A stretch of 64,000 nt of DNA from Chlorokybus atmophyticus (taxonomy: Eukaryota > Plantae > Mesostigma and Chlorokybus algae), in NCBI GenBank assembly GCA_009103225.1, contig RHPI01001037.1, forward strand, positions 1,856,551 to 1,920,550, written 5' to 3'. The notes below the pieces were generated by a model. It was not told the DNA's origin. It saw only the letters and a list, made by a program, of their open reading frames with translations, and ran no database searches. This document shows positions 38,373-49,984 of the stretch, piece after piece. Both the position numbers and the translations under genes were made by a program. Each line of letters opens with the position of its first letter. Position 1 is the first letter of the stretch.

Positions 38373-39504
38373 GCCTGCGCGCGCATGCGCGCGCACACAC
38401 ACATGAATGACAGCCTGCATTGCGTGTGACCATACTCGTGTACAATGTTGTGCGATGTCTCAGCTTGCTTGCCATTTGCAGGAGGGTAGCAGTCGCGCGG
38501 TTTACTCTGTGGCTTTCCAGGTTAGTGCTGGTCAGTAATTGTACGTTGGACATCGGTGTAGTGGCATGCGCTCTTGCGTGCACATGTATGACCATGGTGC
38601 AGAGGGATGGTGCTCTTGCGGTGTCGTGCGGGCTGGATGCGCTCGGTCGCGTGTGGGACTTGCGAACGGGCCGCAGCATTGTCTTACTTCAAGGACATGT
38701 CAAGCCGGTATGTCTTTTTCTGGCACACATATGTTGGCTGCCTCATGTGCACGTCAGCAACCTCAAAGGACTGCAGCACTGGCTATGTTGTGTACGCTGG
38801 GCAGGTATTGGCAGTTGACTTCTCTCCCAATGGCTATCATGTCGCCACTGGCAGCGAGGACCATGCGGTCAGTGGCCTTACGCTGTGAGAGTTAAGTGCA
38901 ATTACTCCCCTCTGACAGTCTATGCTGCTTAACCACAGGTCAAGATATGGGACCTCCGAAAGCGACAGTGCATGTACACCATCCCAGCGCATGCGCACCT
39001 CGTATCCCAGGCAAGTGCTGCAGCCCAATGTCACATGCACCTTGCACAGCCTGCATAGGTTTTCTTATAACTTGCATTGCTCCTCGGTGCAGGTGAAGTT
39101 TGAGCCACGGGACGGTCACTTCCTGGTCTCCAGCTCGTACGACAACACGGCCAAGGTACACACACAAGTTGGAACCCATCTGAGCTGATGGTTTGTGTTG
39201 GTGGTACAATGCTCACCAGGTCGTAACCTGGCATAGGTGTGGTCGTCGTTGGACTTCAAGCTGGTGAAGATTCTGGTTGGTCACGAGAACAAGGTGATGG
39301 ACGTGGACGTCGCAGCAGGTGAGGGGCTGCATACACATTTGTGCAGGTCCTTGAATGAGTTGCAGTGCGCATATGCTCAAGTTTGTAGGTTTTGCAGAAG
39401 GTGAACATCTTGTGACTGTCTCATACGACCGCACTCTCAAGCTGTGGACACCTGAGGCCGACCAAGAAAAACCTGCTGGCGATGAGCCAATGGAAGAGGG
39501 TTAG
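36489..39504 (+). CDS. PRPF4: U4/U6 snRNP protein PRP4 (SFM motif + WD40 repeats); multi-exon
   Basis: [168 protein letters not shown]; TAG at 39502-39504. An upstream exon is possible. Confidence 0.95.
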
Positions 39505-39668
39505 GGCTAAGTGCAGAACTGCCTAGCTACCTGAGGGAGTAGTTGTGTAGATCGTGGTATGTGTGCAACGTTGTTGTATCGTTCCCATCAGCCTGATTGC
39601 GACCCAAACAACTCCATGACAGTGGTAAAGCTCCTCAGCATTGTATAGAGTACATGATACATACATAG

Positions 39669-42600
39669 CTAGTGGGAGTGTCTACTACCTGTCCTGCTAG
39701 ATGAATATGCGGTGGCTGTAGGAGGTAAGTACGTATTATATTTATAATGCGAGCTGGTGGCTGAGTGCCCTGTTGCGGCGGACTGCACTGGAATGTCATC
39801 TTTGTGGCTATACAATATGCGGGTCCCATCCGCAGGTGTGCTGGAAGATATTGTGTGCGTTGAATCCTTAGGCGCTGAGGTACTATATGACCTCTGCATC
39901 CAAGATGACAGTCAGGAGGTTGAATGATCGAGTAATGTCTCACAGCAAGTCGCACTACATGCACTTTATGTGATCCACAATAAGCATGAACTGGCCGGCA
40001 GTTTACGCACCTGCGCTTGCCGTGACGCTGTGACTGCATGGTTTTGTGCAATGGCTTCCTGTAGAGAGTGACACCATGTCAGCTGCAACTGTTGAAAACT
40101 TGTGGCAACATGGGAGGCACAAGGCAGCAGTGACGCCCTGGTTGTCAACAGCAGAATAGTGCATGAGTAGTTTGATGTGCAGTGTTAGAAGGCGCACCTG
40201 AAGTTTGGAAAGCTCGCAATGAAGAGCTGATATCTGCAGGTTTAGGGCCCACTCGTCTTCAGTTTCTGTTGGAGCTGTGGTCGGCGTGTGCCAGTCAGTA
40301 TTGAATGTTGTCGTTTGGCTGCTGCTGGTTGGGAAACATGGTGGAGCAGAGTTCCATTCACTGTCCATGCCTCGAACAACAACCTCAGGCAGCCTGGTCG
40401 CTGATGCCTTGCCAGTGTCAATGGTGCTGACGCCAGGAAAGCCAGCTTTCTGCTTATGCAACTCACTTGGAAGCACTTTTGCATGCGCTTCACGCTCAGC
40501 AACCAACTCTCGTACTTGCTCGTGAGCATTGCGCAGTTGACTCAACTCCAGAGCCAAAGCATCCCTTTCTGTCTGCAGTTCCCGCAGAGTGTTGGCATGC
40601 GTGTGTTGCTGAGAAGCCCAGTGCTGTTGCGTTTGCTCAAAAACATTGCGCAATTCAACCAGCTCGGACTCAACAGCGTCCTTCTGCGTACGCAGCTCCC
40701 GCAGCGCACTCATGTGGGACTTCTGCTGCAATTCCAAACGCTGTTGCAACTCCTTGGTGGCTCTACGCAGCTGATCGACCTCAGACTCGAGAGCCTTGTT
40801 CTGCTCTTGAACCTGTTCACGCGCGCTCTTGTGCACCTCCAGTTGTGACGCCAGCTGCTGCTGCGCTTGTTCATGAGCCTCCCTCAGCTGCGCAAGCTCA
40901 AACTCCATGCTTACTCGGCATGCTACCAGTTCCTGTCATGCAAGCCAACGCTTAACACATTGAGGATTGCATCATGTAACAGCGTTACCTGTGCATGAGC
41001 AAAAGACCTACCTGGTCTGATACCTCTTTGTGGCACTGCGAGTCTGCCTCAAGCCGCTCACATGCGCCACGTACGTGCTGCACTTCCTTCTCATAGTTCT
41101 GCCGTTCCTTCAGCAGCTCTTCTCGAGCACTTGCAAGCTGCTGAGTGGTAGACTTCAGCTCCAGCCTTGCCTGAGGGTACCAAACGGAGTGAGTCTGTAC
41201 AGTAACTAGACTTGCACTGGAACATCCCCATAACACTAGGCTACAACTTGTGTGACACAGCATGCAAGAACAAGCTGGCGACCTGCTTGGCATCCGCCCT
41301 TAGTTGTTCAGCTTCCGCATGAGACTTGGAATGCTCGCTGAGCACTGCTGCATCAACCTGCGGAAACACGCAGATGTTGTCAACGCCATATGTCAACAAC
41401 ACCCTATGCGTCGGTTGTGAAGTCTGTTACGACATGCGGCTTGTGTGCACACCTCAGCATTTGATGTGCCAGCATTATAGGCAAGTGTGATTTACTAGCG
41501 ACACATGTGCATGAGCCATGTCCTGTGGTCCCATACCTCTCTGTGGAGCCGCAACTCTGCTTCAAGCCGCTCGCATGCGCTTCTTACGGACTGCAACTCC
41601 TTCTCGTAGTGTTGTCGTGCCTTCAGCAGCTCTTCTCGAACACTTGCCAGCTGCTGAGTCGTGGACTTCAGCTCCAAATTTGCCTGAGGGTATGAGACCT
41701 CATAACGGCAAGCTTGCGCTGGCCCATGGCCATGACACCTAATTGCAACTTGCAAAACATAGCATGCAAGATTGCAACATTGCTGGCCACCTGCTCAGCA
41801 TCCGCCCTCAGTTGTTCAGCTTCAAGATTGGACTTGGAACGCTCGCTGAGCGCTGCTGCATTGGCCTGCAGTACCAAACACACGCGAGACGTCAGCAACA
41901 AAACACCCAAGGCCTGTTCTACACAAGTGTGACGTAATGTGCGCACTGAGCGCGCACCTCAGCAAATGCCTTCTGTTCCTGTATCAACCTAGACTCTGCG
42001 TCTGCCAGAGCAATCCGCAAGCCCTCCACCTGCTTTTGCATGTCACTCTGGCATGCTTGCAGAGCCTGTGAGGCATCGCAAGGCGCATCAGCCACACGCA
42101 TGTAGACATCTGGCGTGAATGAGTTGCAAGCATGAGTCGAACCTTTTCATGGGCTTGCTTCAGAAAGTCTATGTGGCTGTCTCCTTCCACTTGTACACCG
42201 TGCAGGGAGTCAATCTGCGTTTGCAACTGCACCACATTCTGGCGTAGTTTCCTGATCTCCTCCTGGAGTTTCAGGACCTCCGCTTGCAAGACATCAATGC
42301 GAGCTTGCATCTGCTCCTTCTGTGTAAGCAGACTTGCTTGGAGCTCGTTCTCGCGTGTCCTTAGGGCTGCTTGTAGCGACTGCAGGCCTACCCTAAGATC
42401 AGTTTCCAATGCTCCTGCCGGTAGTGGATACTTGATAAGTCGACTGATATAATATAGGCAGCATCTACCATGTACACATGGCGGTATGTCTTACGCTGGG
42501 AGGCGAGATGCTCACTCTGTCGGCGCTCTTGGTTCTGCTTTTCCTCCAGCCGCGAGGTGTACATATCTTCCAGCTGCCAGCACCAGATTTATCAAGAAGA

Positions 42601-45178
42601 CCGGCACACACACATGTACAATATTCAGTTCAACATAGGGATACAGATAGCCACCTTGCTCATTAGCGTAGCCAGTGTCTCTTCGGTGGCAGCAGACGCG
42701 GAGGTCTGACACGCAGCATCACAACAAGTAACGGGTCGCGTGCTGGCTGCGTCTCCATGATAATGCTCGGCTTCGCTGCAGCTATCGTCATCATCGCCCA
42801 GCCCAAGAGCAGAAACCCAGTCGGCAGCAGCACGCGCACCCCCGCGCATGGGCGCGTCCAGCACTGCCATGGATGACACTGGGGACGTTGCACGGGACAC
42901 CTCTTGCGGAGATGGTGTCTGGGGTCCCTCCAAAGACGGTGTCGCAGAGGGCTGTGCTGCTTTGCCTCCTGTCACGCCCAAATTGTGGGCGCGTGGCTGG
43001 CTGTTATTGTGGCCAGGCTGTGCATGCGGTTGCCTGCTGGATGCCTGCTGACTGCTGGCAATGCGCTCCTGCTGTGCCGCTTCATGTTTGCGGCGGTCGC
43101 GCGCGTCCGCATCAATTTCTTCCCTCAAACGCTTGCATTCTTGGCGCTCCAGCTCTGCTTCCTGCTGTGCTTCACGCAAAGACCGCTCGAGCTGCTGTTT
43201 GCTTCTCCGCTCCATATCCTGATAAGCACCAACACATTTGCAGAGTTCGACTTGGCCCGTGGACTCGGCAGCTAGTCAGTGAGTTGTGTGAGAGCAAATT
43301 GCGGATGTGAACATGTACAGGTGACTAACCAGTTGAGCCTGCATGCGATGATTGTCGCTCTCAAGGCTTTCACGCACACGCCTGAGCTCGTCATCAAAAT
43401 GCGCAGCAGCTCGCGAGCCGTCCAAAGTGTTTAGCTCTTGCACCTGCACCACAACTAGTCAGCACAACCCCGACAGGATGCGCACACGTGTGGAACAACA
43501 TACAGCACCGCGACATGAGCACACGCACCCGCTCTTCAAGCCACCTGATGTGCAAGGATGTCTGGTGTTGGTGCACTTCGAACTGGGCCGTGTGCGCATC
43601 AAGCTCTTGCGTTCGTGCTTGGCTAGTCGCGAGTTCGTCCTCGAGCGTTCTGCAGCGCTCGCGAAGCTGATGCAACTCAACCTGCGACAAGTGAAAGTTG
43701 CTGGTGCGATTAGCACAGTGACTGGCACATCCAACAGAAACTCACCTGCGAGTTTTCTTGCTCCTTTTCCCACTTGCTCGCCTCAGCTGTTGCCTGGTCC
43801 ACAATGCTTTTCATGTCATTGAGCTCGTTGTCATGTTGTTGACTCTGGTCGTTGGCACTTGTGTCAGCACACGCCAGGCAAGCACTGAATGTACCAGCGA
43901 AACAACTCAACGAGCGTTTGCTGCTTACCAACCGCTCTATTTCAGTCTTCAATTCCTGCACCTCTCGGCTCTTCGCTTGATATAGAAGCCGACTTTCTGT
44001 GCTCTCCAAACACAGGCGCTCCCTTTCTTCCTTTGCAACAGCTGCAGAAGCCTCTGAAAGCCTCTTCACCTGAGTTGGATCATGCGCATGTCAACCAACG
44101 ACACACGTTAGTGCATGTGCTCTTAACAATGTAGAAACAATACAACACCCGCGGCATGCCTGTTGCAGGGAGGCGTCTGCATTCCGACATTCTGCGGCGG
44201 CAGCTTCAGCTGCGCGGAGGTGGCTGCGGGCTTCGGCAACAGCTTTGGAGGCAATCTCGCCGCGAAGCATGTCGAGGGAGCCATGGAGGTGCGCGTTGGA
44301 GAGTTTGGCTGCGTGCTCGAGGTCCTGCACGCGCGCTTTTAGCTGCTCCACGTTGTCCTCGCTGGCGGCCAGCTGCGCTCGCAACGCGGTCACGTAGTCC
44401 GCCGCGGTGTCCACCGCGTTCTGCGAGAATTGCAAGGCAAAGCGGAGCTCTGCCACTCTGCGCTGCAACCGCTCCTGCACCAGGGAGCCACATGCGGCTC
44501 ATATCACAATTGCGCCTACCCAACAACTGGTGTAGCAACGCAGCAAGTCATGCACAGTCTGTGATACGACCAGTGTTGCGTTAGCAAACGCACATTGGCA
44601 ATATACGAACACATGCAGCCATATGTAAATGTAGCGTACTGTGCTGGGCATTGGCTTATCACAAGCCTGTTATGTTGTAACAGGGCAAGGGGAGATGTTT
44701 GCACGCACCTCATCCGCACTGGGCAGCACTGTGGCAAGTAAGCTATCGTTTGAGGCTGTGGGAGTCGCGCCGGAGTTTGTAGGTGTCGTGATTTCTCTCC
44801 CACGACCACGCTCACCTCCATGCCCATGCACGAAGCGGCGCTGCCCAACATGCTCCATGCAGGCGCTGCCGGCAGGACTGGCCATGTCGCCCATGCTCAA
44901 CAAAAAAGATATCAACAGCCACTGCTAGCTATTACCTTGTGCACGTAAGAAACCACCAGAAAACTGCTAGCAGTAACCTCCTTGCCGTTGCCTGGTCCAA
45001 ACGGCTTTCAGCGGCCTCCATGCAGCTGAACAAATCAACAACCCCTAGACAAAACCCTAACACAATGCACCTAACGCTCCAGCTTCCGTGCGTAGCTGAT
45101 CACCCGTACATCTCCGTACGCATAAGGCTCTCCTCCTTCCAGTCCAACTCCCCAAGCACCGTCGGCGACGGCGCCCAT
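39669..45178 (-). CDS. Large multi-exon coiled-coil protein of unknown function
   Basis: Successive exons give E/Q/L/K/A-rich heptad sequence (e.g. LQERLQRRVAELRFAL, LELKSTTQQLASAREELLKER, FELAQLREAHEQAQQQL) bounded by GT-AG; no enzymatic motif recognised. Termini are approximate. Confidence 0.65.
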
Positions 45179-45358
45179 GGCGCCAGCCTCCTCGCCGCAG
45201 ACGCACGCGCCGCAGACGCACAGCTGCTGCTGGCTTTCTGTTTCCCGCGTTTTTTGCTTCTCGCGCTCGTTTAGGGTTTCCGTTGCGCTCTCCTCACGTG
45301 ATTGCGATTGCTGTTGTTTACTTTATTTAGCGTTAGATCACAACCACTATCAGTTGGA

Positions 45359-45432
45359 GCGATGGTGGTGTAGTTGGTTATCACGCTAGTCTCACACACT
45401 AGAGGTCCCGGGATCGAACCCCGGCCGTCGTA
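45359..45432 (+). tRNA. trnV-CAC: tRNA-Val(CAC)
   Basis: Acceptor stem GCGATGG/CCGTCGT; D-arm TGGTGTAGTTGGTTATCAC; anticodon arm CTAGT-CTCACAC-ACTAG; T-arm CCGGG-ATCGAAC-CCCGG; discriminator A; TTTT terminator a few bases downstream. Confidence 0.95.
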
Positions 45433-45530
45433 ACCTATCTTTTGTGCCCGTTCTGGAGATTTGGGCAATTCACTTTTGTCCCCGTTCTTGTTGACATGAA
45501 TTTGTTGGCCAGCGTGCCGACGTGGCACAA

Positions 45531-45540
45531 GTCACGTGAC
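45531..45540. promoter_or_regulatory. Palindromic E-box GTCACGTGAC upstream of the NmrA-like gene
   Basis: Exact match, preceded by GACGTGGC (ABRE/G-box-like); TCACGTGA also at 45294-45301. Confidence 0.55.
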
Positions 45541-45692
45541 CACCACGGCGGCGGCGGCGGGAGGAGGCAGCTCCAGGCCGACCGTATTGCTGCTACTGCC
45601 ATCATCGCCGTCGTTCCCAACGCCATGAGCAGCGTAGACGACGCGCGTCTTCCAAGATGAGCCATGCATAGGCCGTTGTCGCCACCATCACC

Positions 45693-48684
45693 ATGGAGGC
45701 CGCCGAGCCCGAGTTGGAGACCTTCGCTGCCGGCGATGACGGCAACGAAGGCGACATCGGCGACATCGGCAAGGACCTGGTGACGGCTGCGCTGCATAGC
45801 GACAGCTGGCAGGCCTCCTCCCACCGCTTGTCTCCCACCCCATCAACCGACTCAGATGATGACGACAGAGGGGATCGCCCGTCATCGCCCAGGATGGCCT
45901 CCATGGAGACATCTCTGACCACCATGGCGAGGTTCTCTCTGGGGCCAGAGGATGATGATATTCAAAGCAGCGAGTTTGTCACTTTTGGAGACGGATGGTG
46001 GCCAGGCATCGATGAGGGGTCTCTTGTGCTTAGCCCCCCACCAACAAAGCCAACAACAACATCTGTGACGACAATAACAAAGAACACGACAACTATAGCA
46101 ACGACAACAGCAGCCAACAAAACAATTCCTTCAATAACAACACCGGCGCCAGTCACGACAGGTGCATGGAAAGCAACAAACATCATCTACGCATACGCAC
46201 ACACACGTTGTTCTGCATGCACCTCTGAAGCGCTTGCTTCAGGTGTTGAAGAGCTGCGCACGTCCATAGATATGAGCGCGCACCTGGTGGTGTTGGCACC
46301 GAATGTGCTGCTTGACGTAGCTCAGGATAACGATGATGGCGATGAAGAACCGCACAAAAAGTCCTCAAGGTGGACACGCTGGCTTGCACGTGCGCACACT
46401 CTGAGACGGAACTCACACACCGACAACAGTACGCGTGCACATACGTGCTGAGTTGATTGTCTGTATGCAAGTGGTGCATGCGTGAAGGTTGCGTTGCATG
46501 CAGGGACCCGTGTGGTCGTCATCGGCGTGGACACGGCCGCGGGCGAGAGCGTTGCTCGCCATCTCCTTCAGGTAAGTCTTATAATGTGTGTCAGCACACA
46601 CGCCACCACCACCCCTCCGATCCACCCAACATCTGACATGTGTGCATGTACCGCGCGAGCAGGACGAGCAGTTCCACGTGGTCATCGCCATCCCGTCCCC
46701 CTCCTCTCTCACAACGTACCACCAATCGCACATAGTTGATCTCTCCTTCTCCCCACACCTCACACCCGCGCTGGACGACCTCAGAGACATAGGCGCCACC
46801 ATACGTGTTGTGAGTGACACAACCAGTTTATCTCTCATGTTGGTAATTTTGTACAGTATCTGACCTTGCAGGCTCATTCAGGTGGACTTTATGGACCCTC
46901 ACGCGTTGGCGCGTGTGCTGCGGGGAGCTGCGGGGGTGTATTATGGTGAGGGGTACAACATGGCCGACCCGCAGCCGGAGATCGAGCGCGGGTGCATGCT
47001 GGCTCAGGTGTGTACTATTCTACGGGCGTACGTAAGCGGTGATGTGTTGTCGTACGGGTTGCGGCTATGAAACAGTTTGTGGGTGCAGATGGCGAAGTAT
47101 GTGGGCATCCCGCACTTGATATATGCATCGCTTGAACATGTCAGGTGAGGGCATTGGCCACACTGTTGCTGCCATGGCTGCCAACCCGCCCGTATGCGCA
47201 CGCCCGTGTGTGGGTGTGCATGCGTGCTTGTGTGCATGTGTGTGAGTGTGTCTCTCATGCGTGCATCTCTTAGGAAGATGAGGTTTAAGGACCTGCCACG
47301 GTTAACGACTCCCAGCGGGACGTGGGTGGTCCCGCATTGGGATGCAAAAGGCACCGTTGAGGACTACATGCGCACGTGAGGATCGACACTCTCTCACATG
47401 CATGTTGAGAACCCAACACGTTACCAACCAACTGCCTTCTCAGGCTCAAGTTGCCCGCCACGTATCTACGCATGCCAATCCTCTATCACGAGCTCCTCGA
47501 CGGGGCCCTCATGACAATGCTGCCAGAGGGGAACCACTGCCAAGTACGTTGTGAACAACACAACATGTCACACACAACCACAACAATACACCAATTTCCC
47601 AACTAGGTGTCCATGCCGTTGGAGTCTAGCACGATGGTGTGCGCCATGGCGGCGGGTGATGTGGGCGGCTGCGTGAGGGCGATGTTGCTGGAGCCAAGTG
47701 GATACATTGGTCGCACCGTCGGACTGGCGGGGTCCAAACTCCCCGTCGCGGTGTACGTGAAGCTCCTCTCGCAACATGTGGCACTACCGCTCAGGTACAG
47801 CCACATGACCAGAGAAGAGTACATACGCCTTGCTCCCAACCTCACCACGTCCACGGCGTTTGCAAATATGTTCGACTTCATGCGACACCACCCGTCATGG
47901 TGAGTGTGTGCATATGAGCGCGCGCGCATGTGCTTACATGTGTAGCTGCACGCGTGTATGTGCGTGTGCGTGCACGCTCGTACACGTGGATGTGCATGTG
48001 TGTGTAGGTGCCAGCACAAATGTGCCCGCATGAGCGTGTGCGTCCGTGTATGTATGTTGGCAATAGGAGAACTGAGCTGTGTGTCTCATGTGATAGTTGG
48101 AGGCGAAGTGTGGAGGAGACCCGAACGATACACCCTGACACGCAGAGCTTTGCCGACTGGTGCGCCAGTGACGACTCCCATGTCACCGCCGTGCTCAACG
48201 ACAACAACGCTAACACCAGAAGCAAGCGTAGCACAAGTGGCAAGAGCGGCGTGCTCGCAGCCCCGCACCTGCAGCGCGTCCTCACACGCAAGGTGCGCGC
48301 AGACAATACCCAGCACGTGTGTGCCGCGTGTTGTTGTTGTTATGTGACACGTGTGCGCATGCGTGTGCTGTAGACGGCGACGGTGCACGCGAGTGGCAAT
48401 CTGGCGCACTACGCGGACATGCTGGCGCTGTCGGGCTGCGACCACAGGCACAAAAGGTACGCACGCGCACGCTACACACCTACATAGTTTGGTACTCAGT
48501 TTACAACCCACACCCTACAACTGACTCGGCACACAGGCAGTACACACGGCGGTGGCGCGAGCTGCGTGCGGTGGTCGGCGAGCACTTTTTGGCAAAGGCG
48601 GCGTTCCCGCGCCCGACCGACGACCCCGAATTCTCGGACGAGTGGCCGCTCAAGGACCAAGACGGAGAGCGACTGCAGGCTTAG
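45693..48684 (+). CDS. NmrA-like (NMRAL1/HSCARG-type) Rossmann-fold protein with a long low-complexity N-terminus; multi-exon
   Basis: RVVVIGVDTAAGESVARHLL, IQVDFMDPHALARVLRGAAGVY, EIERG..AKYVGIPHLIYASLEHV, VPHWDAKGTVEDYM, AAGDVGGCV..LLEPSGYIGRTVGLAG, FANMFDF; stop at 48684. Confidence 0.85.
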
Positions 48685-48978
48685 GGGACAAGGAGAACAC
48701 ATGGCACATGAATATGGCTTGACACGTTGACTCCTGCGACTATCAATCAGTCTATCCATATGTATACACCTGTGTGAACCTCCGCACTATGGGATGTCCC
48801 ATCAATTCTTGCGTGTGCTCCACTGTGTGACGTACGTGGTTGTTACACCTCTTCCTGCTGCTATGTTGAGGAACAGACCATGCGACAAAAGCAGTAGTAG
48901 CAATAGACACGTACAAACGGCTGTACGTGTGCACTCATGGGCACACACACACTTTAGTGCAGGCGTGACTGCTCGTAC

Positions 48979-49676
48979 TCAACCCTCGGGGGCATACATC
49001 TTCCGCAACAGCATGCGGGCTAAGGACACACGGTCTATGCACACAATGGAGGCATGTTGGTTCGCGTACTGGGTGCGCTTACAGTCATCACATCTGTCTG
49101 GTGTTGGGACTGCTGCGTGCGCAACGTACTCCCGCCACACGGCTCTCTGCGGGTTGTGACAAGGGTGCTAGATGCGGCGATGGTGTTGTTATTGTTACAC
49201 TTGCGAGTCGGGCTGCTGACCCGCTGCCACTGTTGGTAACTCCAAAATCATCCTCATCCTCATCCTTATCCTCATCCTCATCGTCATCATCATCTTCTTG
49301 CTCCTCCTCTAGGCCATCGCTGCCGTCGCTGTCACCATCAGTCTCATCCTCATCGTCGTCATCTTCTTCATCACCGTCGCCCTCTTGATCTTCATCAAAG
49401 CACTTGAGCACAATCACATAGACATACGCATGCACGCACACACATATGCGCTTACCCATCTGCATCTTCTCGCGCAGAAGCTGCCGAAACGCCAGCGCCG
49501 TGACGTCCTGAGGCTGAAGCAGCAACACTGCAGCAGAGAGGATTATTCTGGTTACAACTTTTTCACCTATTACCATTCTACGTATTTACATGTGCTTGCC
49601 AGCTGTGCGCACCTTTCTCGTTGGCGGAGGCGGCGTCGGCGAAGCGCGGCGGGTCCGCCCTTAGGTGCGCAGCCAT
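48979..49676 (-). CDS. Small hypothetical protein with a long Asp/Glu tract
   Basis: MAAHLRADPPRFADAASANEK exon with GT donor, QPQDVTALAFRQLLREKMQM, DEDQEGDGDEEDDDDEDE.., putative last exon DRVSLARMLLRKMYAPEG*. Family not recognised; exon joins uncertain. Confidence 0.5.
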
Positions 49677-49816
49677 CTCCCGCCGCAGCTCCACGGCCAG
49701 CAGCTCTCTCCCCTTTGCCCATCCAACCATCCTCGTGTCACTGCTGCCACTGCGGCTGCGCCACGCCACGTCAACCCCGCCAACGATGCCGCCGCCCACG
49801 CCGCCAGCCACGCCCA

Positions 49817-49828
49817 GGTCACGTGACC
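49817..49828. promoter_or_regulatory. Palindromic E-box GGTCACGTGACC in the acidic-protein/PGPS divergent promoter
   Basis: Exact 12-bp palindrome about midway between the two inferred start codons. Confidence 0.55.
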
Positions 49829-49984
49829 AGCAGCTCGAACCGGTTGTACAATTTGGTTTGCAAGTGCTGAAACGCTACCGGATCGGTCGAACAGGACGAA
49901 GTGGGTAGGGTTAGAGGTGTTGTTGGTGAGGTGGACAGCGTTGGCGGCGGCGGCGGCGGTGGTGAGCACGCACTCCGACGGGCC

